This document shows positions 47,346 through 56,432 of a DNA stretch of 64,000 nucleotides, piece by piece. Origin of the DNA: an uncultured Peptococcaceae bacterium (lineage in GTDB: Bacteria; Bacillota; DSM-12270; Thermacetogeniales; Thermacetogeniaceae); contig CAVYHR010000006.1 of NCBI GenBank assembly GCA_963768335.1, positions 1-64,000 of the forward strand, written 5' to 3'. Below the pieces are notes generated by a model. That model saw nothing but the letters and a program-made list of their open reading frames with translations, had not been told where the DNA came from and searched no databases. The translations under genes were made by a program, and so were the position numbers. How positions within the stretch are numbered: the first letter of the stretch is position 1; every line of letters begins with the position of its first letter.

Positions 47346-47990
47346 CTAGCCCTTGACAGTCGCCCTATGCACCAGAGGGCTCTCGTGCCGGTGATGGACC
47401 TTCACCGGGCGCGTGCCGGTGAACATCCCGACGATGTTGGCCCACCCCTCGGTGAAGTCCAGGTACATATGAGCAGCTATGCAATAGACGAAGACCCAGG
47501 CCACGATGTAGTGGATCTCCCGGATCCACTTGATGCCGCCGAGCCAGAGCGCCCAACTGGAAAAGGTGCCTGGCCACATCATGATCATCCCGGTGTAGAT
47601 CTGGATCAGCAGCAGCGGGGCAAAGGCGGCGTACATCCCCTTCTGGCCGGGGTTGTACTTCCCGCCCCAGTCCGGCTCCTCATCGGTGATGAACAGGTAA
47701 TAGAGCATCAGCTTGAGCATATTGGCCATGTCCTTCGGGCCCATGGCAAAGTTCTTGTAGTCGCCTGAGGCGAAGGCGTAGTAGATGCGCCCGACCAGTC
47801 CGGCGATCACGCAGTACATGAAGATGAAGTGGACCTTGCGGGCGGCGTCCATATCGTAGAACATCCACCTGAAGAACCCATACGGGTTGTGGATATAGAA
47901 GCCGCTGAAGATCAGGGCGAAGATCGACACTGCGTCCCACCAGTGGAAGAAGCGCACTACCAGGGTATGACGGTCTTCCATATTTGCCAA
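47346..47990 (-). CDS. hyaC: Ni/Fe-hydrogenase b-type cytochrome subunit
   Basis: VRFFHWWDAVSIF... four TM helices with His ligands. Confidence 0.85.
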   Translation of the reverse strand: MANMEDRHTLVVRFFHWWDAVSIFALIFSGFYIHNPYGFFRWMFYDMDAARKVHFIFMYCVIAGLVGRIYYAFASGDYKNFAMGPKDMANMLKLMLYYLFITDEEPDWGGKYNPGQKGMYAAFAPLLLIQIYTGMIMMWPGTFSSWALWLGGIKWIREIHYIVAWVFVYCIAAHMYLDFTEGWANIVGMFTGTRPVKVHHRHESPLVHRATVKG

Positions 47991-48001
47991 TTAGATCCCT
48001 C

Positions 48002-49459
48002 CTAATAGACCCGGAACTTGCGAACTTTCCGGTCCGGGGTGATCAGATGTATGGCGCAGGCGAGGCAGGGGTCGAAGGAGCGCACCACGCGCACCAGCTC
48101 GATCGGGTTGTCGGGGTCCTTGACCGCGGTGCCGATCAGGGCCTGCTCGATCGGTCCGGGCTGGTCGTTGTCATCGCGCGGGCTGGCGTTCCAGGTGGTC
48201 GGCACGATGGCGTTGTAAATCTTGATCTTCCAGTTATCGATCACGATCCAGTGTCCGAGGGCGCCGCGCTCGGCGTCGTTGAGGCCCATGCCCTCCGCTT
48301 GCTTCGGCACTTCATGCGGCACGCAGGTGGGGCCACCCGGCACCAACTGCATCAGCCAATCAACCATGGCGGTGGCTACGTTTAAGCAGTCAACAGCCCT
48401 GGCTGCATGCCGGCCCATGACCGAGAAAGCGTTTTCGGTCTTCAATCCCAGCGTAGTCAATGCACCCAGCAAGGTGGGATCCTGGTTGATAAACAGCTTG
48501 GCCAGCGGGCCAACCTCCACGACGTTACCGTCGTAGCGGGGAGCCTTCAGCCAGGTGTACCCGGCTGCTTTGTCCGCTTCCGGAGTGATCACGCTATGGT
48601 ACGGGTCCTTGGGGATACCGTCCACGTACCAGGAGTGCTTGACATCCTCGGTGATCTGCGTGGGATCGAAGGTGCCGGCCTGGCCGTTGATGTAGACGCC
48701 GTTCGAATACATGCGCTTGCCGTTCCACCCGCCATTGTCCTGCGGGAAACCGCCGTAGCTCATGAAATTCTTGCAGCCGACGCCGATGGACGCCCAGTCG
48801 CTGTATACTTTGGCTACCGCCAGGACATCCGGAATGTATGTGCCTTTAATGAAGTCGGTAATTTGCTCCAGGAGGTACTTGGATTGAACGATCTTCTCCG
48901 TGTCGACGTTGGCGCTAGAGCCGCCGGGCACGATCCCTCTCTGGCCGGGGATGCGCCCGCCCCAGGTCGCCAGCAGCGTGTGAGCCATCTTGCGCATCTC
49001 CAGGGCCTGCAGGTAGTGCTGCACCGCTGCCGCGTTGACGGCGTCAGGCAGCCGGTAGTCGCCGGCATACTGCGGCACCAGCGGCGGCAGGTTCGGGGCC
49101 TTCACGTAGTCCAGGGCCGCCAGGTGGTAGAAGTGCAGGATGTGCGAGTGCAGGTAGTTGGCGCCGAGGATCAGGTTGCGCACGATCCGCCCGTTGTCGG
49201 GAATCTGCCCGGTCAGACCGAAAGCGTCATCCAGGGCGAAGGCGGCCGCCGTGCCGTGAGTAACCGGGCAAACGCTGCAGATCCGCTGGACATAGTCCTG
49301 AGCGTCCCGGGGGTCATGGCCCTGCAGGATCAACTCTAGACCGCGGAACAGCGTGCCGGTGCTTTGGGCATCTATGACCTTGCCGCCATCCACTTGGCAC
49401 TCGATACTTAGGTGGCCCTCTAGTCTGGTAATCGGATCAACTACTACTTTAGTTGCCAT
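48002..49459 (-). CDS. hyaB: [NiFe] hydrogenase large subunit
   Basis: N-terminal RICSVCPVTHG and C-terminal DPCLACAIH Ni-binding motifs. Confidence 0.95.
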   Translation of the reverse strand: MATKVVVDPITRLEGHLSIECQVDGGKVIDAQSTGTLFRGLELILQGHDPRDAQDYVQRICSVCPVTHGTAAAFALDDAFGLTGQIPDNGRIVRNLILGANYLHSHILHFYHLAALDYVKAPNLPPLVPQYAGDYRLPDAVNAAAVQHYLQALEMRKMAHTLLATWGGRIPGQRGIVPGGSSANVDTEKIVQSKYLLEQITDFIKGTYIPDVLAVAKVYSDWASIGVGCKNFMSYGGFPQDNGGWNGKRMYSNGVYINGQAGTFDPTQITEDVKHSWYVDGIPKDPYHSVITPEADKAAGYTWLKAPRYDGNVVEVGPLAKLFINQDPTLLGALTTLGLKTENAFSVMGRHAARAVDCLNVATAMVDWLMQLVPGGPTCVPHEVPKQAEGMGLNDAERGALGHWIVIDNWKIKIYNAIVPTTWNASPRDDNDQPGPIEQALIGTAVKDPDNPIELVRVVRSFDPCLACAIHLITPDRKVRKFRVY

Positions 49460-49474
49460 TTTCTCCTCACCCCC

Positions 49475-50542
49475 CTACTCTTCTTTGCCGCTGAGGCGGC
49501 CATTGACTGCGTTGCCAACCAGGTGGGCAGCCATGCCGACCACCACTGCCGCGCCCAGGGTGACCCCAACAGCGTCGGCGCTGGCGTCGATGTTAGGCAG
49601 CTTCACGTCTGGATAGCGCTGGTAGATCGGGGAGGACCCGTCCGGGAAGTTCATGTCGGTGCAGGCGTAACAAGGGCCGTTGGCCAGGATGCACGAACTC
49701 GCGCCGTTCCACTGCCGTTTGTAGGAGTCGCAGGCGGCAAATGGCCCCTTGCAACCCAACTCCAGAAGGCAGTATGGTTCGCTGAACACCTTGGCAAACT
49801 TGCTGTTGTCGAAATACTGGCGCCGCTGGCAGTTGTCGTGAAGGATATTGCCGTAGAACATGGTCGGGCGGTTGTACTGGTCCATCGGCGGCAGTTTCTT
49901 GTAAAGCAGGAAATGGGCGAGGCTGCCGACCATCCAGTCCGGGTGCGGCGGGCATCCGGGAACATTGATCACCGGAGTGGTGATGCCTTTTTGCTTGAAG
50001 AAGTCGAGCACGCTCATGCACCCGGTGGGACCACCGTGGGTGGTGGGATTGCCACCGTAGGTGGCAGCGGGGATGCCGCCGAAAGCGGCGCAGGTACCGA
50101 CTGCCAGCACGGCAGCGGCCTTGGAGCCGAGATCTGCGACCCGATCCATGAAGGTGATCTGTTGCCCGTTCTTCTCACCCACGGTGCAGAACATGCCATT
50201 GGCTCCGGTAGGCACGGCGCCCTCCACCACCAGGAAGAAACCACCGGCAGCAGCCGTATCGTCGATGACCTTCGTGGCCAGATCGCCGGCAGCACCGGAG
50301 ATGTTCGGGTGGAACTTGAGGCTGATGACATCCGTCAAAATCTTTGCGATGGCAGGCTGTTCCGAGTTCAGCAGGGAGACGGAACAACCGGTACAGCTTG
50401 CGCCCTGAATCCAGAGCGCCGGAGGATTTCCTGAAGCAGGAGCTGCCTCCAGCAGGTGCGGCAACAGCATCTCCGACAGGCTGACAGCCGCGGCAGAACC
50501 CGCGCATAACTTCAGGAAATCGCGCCGACTGAGTCCCTTCAC
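49475..50542 (-). CDS. hyaA: [NiFe] hydrogenase small subunit, Tat-exported
   Basis: Twin-arginine signal LSRRDFLKLCAG. FeS-cluster Cys motifs. Confidence 0.9.
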   Translation of the reverse strand: MKGLSRRDFLKLCAGSAAAVSLSEMLLPHLLEAAPASGNPPALWIQGASCTGCSVSLLNSEQPAIAKILTDVISLKFHPNISGAAGDLATKVIDDTAAAGGFFLVVEGAVPTGANGMFCTVGEKNGQQITFMDRVADLGSKAAAVLAVGTCAAFGGIPAATYGGNPTTHGGPTGCMSVLDFFKQKGITTPVINVPGCPPHPDWMVGSLAHFLLYKKLPPMDQYNRPTMFYGNILHDNCQRRQYFDNSKFAKVFSEPYCLLELGCKGPFAACDSYKRQWNGASSCILANGPCYACTDMNFPDGSSPIYQRYPDVKLPNIDASADAVGVTLGAAVVVGMAAHLVGNAVNGRLSGKEE

Positions 50543-51147
50543 ACCAATCCCTCCTCTTTAATCCTTGCTTGAAACCTGGTTGATAAAAGCTAAAACGGAC
50601 TATACCACTACGGCTTTCAGCCCCTCTGGCGAGGGGACTGCCCGACCACCCCCTAATGTTGAAGCCAATCTTTTGTAAACACGATCATGAAAGATGCATC
50701 TTCCCATCACTCTTGCCGAAAGCACGATCACGCTTCAATTCCCCGGAGGGACGTTGCAACCAGCAACCCCGCCGCGACTCCTGCCGTCGTCTCAGTCTCA
50801 TGATGGGATGCTCTGACATCAAGCCCTTGAACGCGATCAGACTGCCCCCGTTCACCACCCTTGCACCTCTGGAATGCCTTTGTCGTCCCCTCTCGCCGGT
50901 TCAAGGCGATCAGGCTGCTCTTGTCCGACTACTGCCCGGTCTTCAGACCCTTGGTACCGGGTCAACGACGGCAATGGCCCTGGGGCATCACAATGCGTTA
51001 TGGGTATTCAAGATGTCTATTCGAGGGAAAAAGCCAAATTCCTGCTGTAATCTTCAAAAAACTCTGCAGCATTTTAAAAATGAGTTGTGGGACAGTCTCT
51101 GAAACATTGTTCCGGCCACGGGCCCCTCCGGGTGCCCGCCGCCCCTG

Positions 51148-52029
51148 TTACTCGTATCCGAAGGATTGCAGGGCGCTCTCATTATCCCGCCATTCTTTCT
51201 TCACCTTGACCCACAGTTCCAGGAAAATCTTGTTTCCGAACAGGGCTTCCAGTTCCAGCCGGGCCAGCCGGCCAATCTCCTTCAACATCAGCCCGCCCTT
51301 GCCGATCAGGATCCCTTTCTGGGATTCCCGCTCCACGTAAATGACGGCCGGCAGGTAGAGAGTCTGATTGGCCCGGGTCTGCATCTCCTCGACGACCACC
51401 GCTATGGAGTGGGGAACCTCCTCCCGGGTCAGCAGCAGTACCTTCTCCCTGATGATCTCCGCCGCCACGAAGCGCTCCGGCTGGTCGGTCACCATCTCCT
51501 GCGGGTAGTAGCACGGCCCCTCCGGCAGGTTGTCGAAGATCAGTCCCTTGACCTGATCCAGGTTGGCGCCAGTGAGAGCCGATGCCGGCACTATCTCCAG
51601 AAAGGTGCCGCGCCTGGAATACCATTCCATGACCGGCAACAGCCCGTCCTTCTTGATCAGGTCGATCTTGTTCAACACCAGGATCACCGGGGTGCGCACC
51701 CCGCCAACCTGGTTGAGGATGAACTCCTCCCCGGGGCCGGTCGGCGCGGCGGCGTCCACCACGTAAAGGAGCAGGTCGACTCCGTCCATGGCCCTCCGGA
51801 CCACTTTCAACATATACTCCCCCAGCCGGTGGCGCGGCCGGTGGATGCCCGGCGTATCCAGGAAGACCACCTGCCCCTCGTCGTTGGTGCAGATGCCCAG
51901 GATGCGGTTCCTGGTAGTCTGGGGCTTGTCCGAAACGATGGCAATCTTCTGCCCGACGAACTGGTTGATCAGAGTGGATTTTCCCACGTTCGGCCGTCCG
52001 ATGATGCATACAAATCCCGACTTTATCAA
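51148..52029 (-). CDS. era: GTPase Era
   Basis: GRPNVGKSTL (G1), DTPG (G3), NKID (G4), C-terminal KH domain. Confidence 0.95.
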   Translation of the reverse strand: MIKSGFVCIIGRPNVGKSTLINQFVGQKIAIVSDKPQTTRNRILGICTNDEGQVVFLDTPGIHRPRHRLGEYMLKVVRRAMDGVDLLLYVVDAAAPTGPGEEFILNQVGGVRTPVILVLNKIDLIKKDGLLPVMEWYSRRGTFLEIVPASALTGANLDQVKGLIFDNLPEGPCYYPQEMVTDQPERFVAAEIIREKVLLLTREEVPHSIAVVVEEMQTRANQTLYLPAVIYVERESQKGILIGKGGLMLKEIGRLARLELEALFGNKIFLELWVKVKKEWRDNESALQSFGYE

Positions 52030-52105
52030 TGCTCACTCCATTCTAGAAGTTAGATATTCGAAGTTCGGCCTTCTATTAACCGTTCAAGTAGTCAGAATTC
52101 AGGAG

Positions 52106-52170
52106 TCAGTACTCAGAATACCCCGAGAGTTTTCGCCCGTTCCTGAGTCCTGGCTCCTGGCTCCTGACTA
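52106..52170. repeat. ~65-nt palindromic element with CAGGAGT/CTCCTG heptamer arms in the era-dgkA spacer
   Basis: AATTCAGGAGTCAGTACTCAG...CTGAGTCCTGGCTCCTGGCTCCTGACTAC. Same heptamer as the tandem repeat inside ybeY. Confidence 0.55.
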
Positions 52171-52536
52171 CTATTTCAATAGCATGCGCAGGTGCGGCAG
52201 GAATATCAGCACCCCCACCACCACCGCGTTCAGGGCGGAGACCAGCACCGCCCCCGCCGCGATATGCTTGGCCAGGCGCGCCAGCGGGTGATAGGTATCC
52301 ACGAACAGGTCGACCGTCTTTTCCAGGGCTGTGTTGAACATCTCCGCCGCCACCACGAAGCTGATGGCGAACAGCAGCAGCGCCCATTCCAGGCGGCTCA
52401 GCTTCAGCAGCCAGGCGGCGACCAGGACCGCGACAGCCGCAACCAGGTGCACCTGCATGTTGCGCTGGGTGCTGAGGCAATACCACATCCCGGACAGCGC
52501 ATCCCCGAATGACATCTTGAAGGAGCGCCTATGCAT
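52171..52536 (-). CDS. dgkA: diacylglycerol kinase
   Basis: Three-TM DgkA family. Position conserved between era and ybeY. Confidence 0.85.
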   Translation of the reverse strand: MHRRSFKMSFGDALSGMWYCLSTQRNMQVHLVAAVAVLVAAWLLKLSRLEWALLLFAISFVVAAEMFNTALEKTVDLFVDTYHPLARLAKHIAAGAVLVSALNAVVVGVLIFLPHLRMLLK

Positions 52537-53188
52537 CCCTGACCGCTCCCAACCCCAGCTTGTCCATCACTTGACGGGCAATCTCCATCATCCTGGCGGC
52601 GCCGCCATCGGTCTCATCATCATAGCCCAGCAGGTGCAGCATCCCGTGCACCGCCAGGAAGACCATCTCTGCCTTAAAAGAATTGCCGTAGGCAGCAGCC
52701 TGGTCGAGCGCCCTGGGGACCGAGATGACGATGTCCCCCAACAGCACCTCCATATCGGTCGTCGGATTCTCGTTGGCAGGTGCCCGCCGGGGCAGGCGCG
52801 CTTCGCCAATCCCTTCTTTACACTCCTGACTCCTGACTACTGACTCCTGACTCCTGTATTCTATCATCGGGAAGGACAGCACGTCGGTGGTATCGGCAAT
52901 GCCCCGGTACTGCTGGTTCAGAGCCGCCATCCCGACGTCGTCGACCAGGGCCAGGCTGACCTCTATTTGAGAGGTGAGAGGTGGGAGGTGGGAGGCGAGA
53001 TTCTTGTTGGCATCGGCTCCGCCGATGCCTTCTTCTATTCCCACTTCACACTTCCGCGCCCGTCCACCGGACGGGCACCCGCTCACTTCCTCCAAGGCCA
53101 GCACATCCTTGAGGGCATTCTCGATCAGCGAGCAAAGATCCTCGCCGACCGCGGCCTCCTGCTGCTCGTTACTGATTAACAACTGCAC
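52529..53188 (-). CDS. ybeY: rRNA maturation endoribonuclease YbeY carrying two in-frame repeat-derived insertions (219 aa versus the usual ~150)
   Basis: Conserved MQLLISNEQ..., VSLALVDD...DVLSFPM, LGDIVISVPRA, FLAVHGMLHLLGYD (HxxxHxxxxxH). Extra segments at about aa 36-74 (nt about 52966-53083) and aa 109-148 (nt about 52744-52864) coincide with GAGGTGG-type and CAGGAGT x5 tandem repeats. Confidence 0.85.
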   Translation of the reverse strand: MQLLISNEQQEAAVGEDLCSLIENALKDVLALEEVSGCPSGGRARKCEVGIEEGIGGADANKNLASHLPPLTSQIEVSLALVDDVGMAALNQQYRGIADTTDVLSFPMIEYRSQESVVRSQECKEGIGEARLPRRAPANENPTTDMEVLLGDIVISVPRALDQAAAYGNSFKAEMVFLAVHGMLHLLGYDDETDGGAARMMEIARQVMDKLGLGAVRDA

Positions 53189-55355
53189 CCCGCGCCCTCC
53201 TTCTTTCGATCTCGGTGATCATCGTTTCCGGGTATTCGATACGGGAGTGGAAGATGCCGCCGAGCACCTGCACAAAGGTAGCGGCGATGGTGTTCAGGTC
53301 TTTGAACGTCAGGTCGCATTCATCCAACTGCCCGTCGTGCAGCCGCTCCTTGATGATCTTTCTGGTCAGGCCCTCCAACCGTGCCGGGGTAGGCTTCTGC
53401 AGGGACCTGATGGCCGCTTCCACGCTGTCCGCCAGCATCACCAGGGCAGCCTCCTTGGTCCGGGGCTTGGGGCAGTCATAACGGAAATCCGCCTCAGTCA
53501 CCAACTCCGGGCGGTCGCTCTCCAGGGCCCGCTGGTAGAAGTAGGCAACCAGGCTGGTGCCGTGGTGCTGTTCGATGATCTCCTGCACACCGGCGGGGAG
53601 ATTGTGCTCCCGGGCCTGCTCCAGGCCGTCCCTGACGTGTGAGGTGATGATCAGGGTGCTCAGGCTGGGAGCGATCTTTTCGTGCGGGTTGTCCCGGGCC
53701 ACCTGGTTTTCAATGAAGAAGTACGGTCGCTTGATCTTGCCGATATCGTGATAGTAGGCCCCCACCCGCACCAGCAACGGGTCGGCGTGTACCGCCTGAG
53801 CCGCCGCCTCGGCCAGGTTGCCCACCAGGATGCTGTGGTGGTAGGTACCCGGCGCTTCAACCAGCAGGCGCTTGAGCAGCAGTTCATTGGGGTTGGCCAG
53901 TTCCAGCAGCTTGACGGAACTGGTGATCCCGAACAGAGTCTCCAGGTAGGGTAGAAACCCCAACAGCATGATCGAAGACAGAAAACCACCGGCCACGCCC
54001 AGCCCCATTCCCATCATCACGGTGGCGGCATCGGAGGTGTTAAGCAGCCCCAACACTAAAATCACCGCTGCGTTGACCCCCGCGACAAAGGCGCCGCCCC
54101 GGATGAGCCCCGCCCGGTCACTCAGGTTGGAGACGCTGTAGATCCCGGCCAGGCTACCGGCCAGGCCGGCAATGGCAAAAGAGATCTGCCCGTCCAGCAT
54201 CACCCCCAGCAGCAGGCTCAGGATAAGGGAGGTGAACACTGCCAACTCGGCATCCATCAACACGGTGATCAGCATCGCTCCACCCGCCAGCGGCGCCAGG
54301 TAACCGATCAGCCCGGCCGTCTCCGCCTGCGAGCCCAGTCTGATCAGGGTGACCCCCTTGGCGGCCAGCAGGGTGAGGGTGACGAGGATGCTATAGAGGG
54401 CGATGTACCGGTTCCGCTCATAAAACCTCGGCTGGAACTGCTTCAGGTAGGCCGCCGTCAACCCTGCCAGCAGCAGCACCAGGAAAACGACCCCGAACAC
54501 GGGCGGCCAGATATTCTGAGTCCGCAGCAGCCCCAATTGCTGGAGCTCTGCCAGCCGGTTGGCGTCGATCATCTCGCCCTTCGCCACGATTACCTGGTTG
54601 GCCAGGACCGAGTGCTGCACCGGGCTGACGCTTGCCCGGGCCTCAGCCACCTTGCTGGCGTACGTCTCCAGGTCCAACACCAGGTTCGGCCTCAGGATAT
54701 GGGTCAGAATAAAGGTCACGGCAGGCTTCAAATCCCGGTCCAGGTTCGAGGAGGCCACCTGGCCCGACAGGTTATCCCGGGCGTCCGGCAGGGCATCCTC
54801 GGTCAACCCGTACTGGAGAGAGTCATTAAGCCAACTCTGGCACAAGGAGTACAGCCTGGTTAACTGGGTGTTGTTCAAGGACAACAGCGCTCCCAGGGAG
54901 GTGGGGTCCACCGAGGCCACATCCGTGTCGGAAGCCCCGGTCGCCTGGGCCAGGTAACCCTGAAGCAGGCTGTCGCTTCGCTGGGCCGGCAGATTCTGGC
55001 GCTGCAGGTCCCTGATCTCGTTGAAGACTCCCTGGAGGTTGGACTCGACCTCCGGCAGCACCTGGTCGTCGCGCTGGTAGACGTTCTCCACCCGGCTGGC
55101 CGCCTCCCGGCGGGCGCTTTCGGTCTCCGCCTGGTCGACGTAGGACATGGTGCGAGGCGCCCTGATGTCGAATGGCGAGATCTGGCCCTCCGTGAGGGTG
55201 TAACCCCGCCCTATCAAGCCAGACCCGACGACAGCCGCCGCGATCACCAGGAATATGGCCACCAGTTCCACCCTGCGCAAGCCGCGGCGCGTAAGCTGCT
55301 GCCATCTATTGCGTAGCCAGAGGCTCCCTTGTCGCCAGGTGATCATGCGATCCAC
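53169..55355 (-). CDS. pgpH: 7TM-receptor with intracellular HD hydrolase domain (PgpH/YqfF family, c-di-AMP phosphodiesterase-like)
   Basis: N-terminal extracellular domain, 7 TM helices, C-terminal HD domain (GAYYHDIGKIKRPYFF). Confidence 0.85.
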   Translation of the reverse strand: MDRMITWRQGSLWLRNRWQQLTRRGLRRVELVAIFLVIAAAVVGSGLIGRGYTLTEGQISPFDIRAPRTMSYVDQAETESARREAASRVENVYQRDDQVLPEVESNLQGVFNEIRDLQRQNLPAQRSDSLLQGYLAQATGASDTDVASVDPTSLGALLSLNNTQLTRLYSLCQSWLNDSLQYGLTEDALPDARDNLSGQVASSNLDRDLKPAVTFILTHILRPNLVLDLETYASKVAEARASVSPVQHSVLANQVIVAKGEMIDANRLAELQQLGLLRTQNIWPPVFGVVFLVLLLAGLTAAYLKQFQPRFYERNRYIALYSILVTLTLLAAKGVTLIRLGSQAETAGLIGYLAPLAGGAMLITVLMDAELAVFTSLILSLLLGVMLDGQISFAIAGLAGSLAGIYSVSNLSDRAGLIRGGAFVAGVNAAVILVLGLLNTSDAATVMMGMGLGVAGGFLSSIMLLGFLPYLETLFGITSSVKLLELANPNELLLKRLLVEAPGTYHHSILVGNLAEAAAQAVHADPLLVRVGAYYHDIGKIKRPYFFIENQVARDNPHEKIAPSLSTLIITSHVRDGLEQAREHNLPAGVQEIIEQHHGTSLVAYFYQRALESDRPELVTEADFRYDCPKPRTKEAALVMLADSVEAAIRSLQKPTPARLEGLTRKIIKERLHDGQLDECDLTFKDLNTIAATFVQVLGGIFHSRIEYPETMITEIERRRARGAVVNQ

Positions 55356-55390
55356 TCCTGATAGCTACCTATCCGTGAGGCGAGATGTGC

Positions 55391-56359
55391 TCACATCTCA
55401 CCTCTCGTCTCACGTCTCTCATACGCCTCCACGATCTTCTGCACCAGCGGGTGGCGGATCACGTCGTCTCCGGTCAAGTACTGGAAGGACACGCCGTCCA
55501 CATCCTTGAGCACTTTCTGTACCTCGATCAGGCCGGAAGCCTGCCCGCGGGGCAGGTCTACCTGAGTGATATCGCCGGTGACCACAGCCTTGGAACCAAA
55601 ACCGAGGCGGGTCAGAAACATCTTCATCTGCTCGGGCGTGGTATTCTGGGCCTCGTCGAGAATGACGAAGGAATCGTCCAGGGTGCGCCCGCGCATATAG
55701 GCGAGCGGCGCCACTTCGATCACGTTCTTTTCCATATGGCGCTGGACGGTCTCCGCCCCAAACACACTGTAAAGCCCGTCGTAAAGCGGGCGCAGGTAAG
55801 GGTCGACCTTTTCCTGGATGTCCCCGGGCAAGAAGCCCAGCTTCTCCCCGGCCTCCACCGCCGGCCGGACCAGGACGATCCGGCTCACTTCCTTGTTGCG
55901 AAAGGACCGCACCGCCATTACCACCGCCAGGAAGGTCTTGCCGGTCCCGGCGGGGCCGATGGCAAACACCAGGTCATGGTCCCTGATCGCCTGGATATAG
56001 CGGGCCTGCCCGGTAGTCTTTGGGCGCACCGGTTTGCCCCTGGTGTTGGTCAGGATCACCTCGGACCTGATCTCTGCCAGGTTCACCTGTGACCGATCCG
56101 ACACCAGGCGCCAGGCGTAATTGATATCCGGGATGGTCACCGGATTCCCCTGCTCCGTCAAGGTGATCAACTGCTGCAACAGGGTGACGGTCCGGGCCAC
56201 CGCCTCTTCTTCACCGCGGATGACGATCTCGCCGCTCCGGGCGATGATCCTGGTAGCACTCTTCTCCTCGATGAATTTTAGATTCTCATCGAGATTGCCG
56301 AACAGGTTTAAGGCGTCATGATTGTTGTTGACCATGACCTTAGCTTCCGTGACTGACAA
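55391..56359 (-). CDS. phoH: PhoH-family ATPase
   Basis: VFAIGPAGTGKTFLAV (Walker A). Conserved position upstream of pgpH. Confidence 0.9.
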   Translation of the reverse strand: MSVTEAKVMVNNNHDALNLFGNLDENLKFIEEKSATRIIARSGEIVIRGEEEAVARTVTLLQQLITLTEQGNPVTIPDINYAWRLVSDRSQVNLAEIRSEVILTNTRGKPVRPKTTGQARYIQAIRDHDLVFAIGPAGTGKTFLAVVMAVRSFRNKEVSRIVLVRPAVEAGEKLGFLPGDIQEKVDPYLRPLYDGLYSVFGAETVQRHMEKNVIEVAPLAYMRGRTLDDSFVILDEAQNTTPEQMKMFLTRLGFGSKAVVTGDITQVDLPRGQASGLIEVQKVLKDVDGVSFQYLTGDDVIRHPLVQKIVEAYERRETRGEM

Positions 56360-56432
56360 GCTGATAATTTACCCCCTTGTTTGACAGGCTATGAGGCGGT
56401 GTACTGCTGCCTCTAATAATACACCCGCTCTT

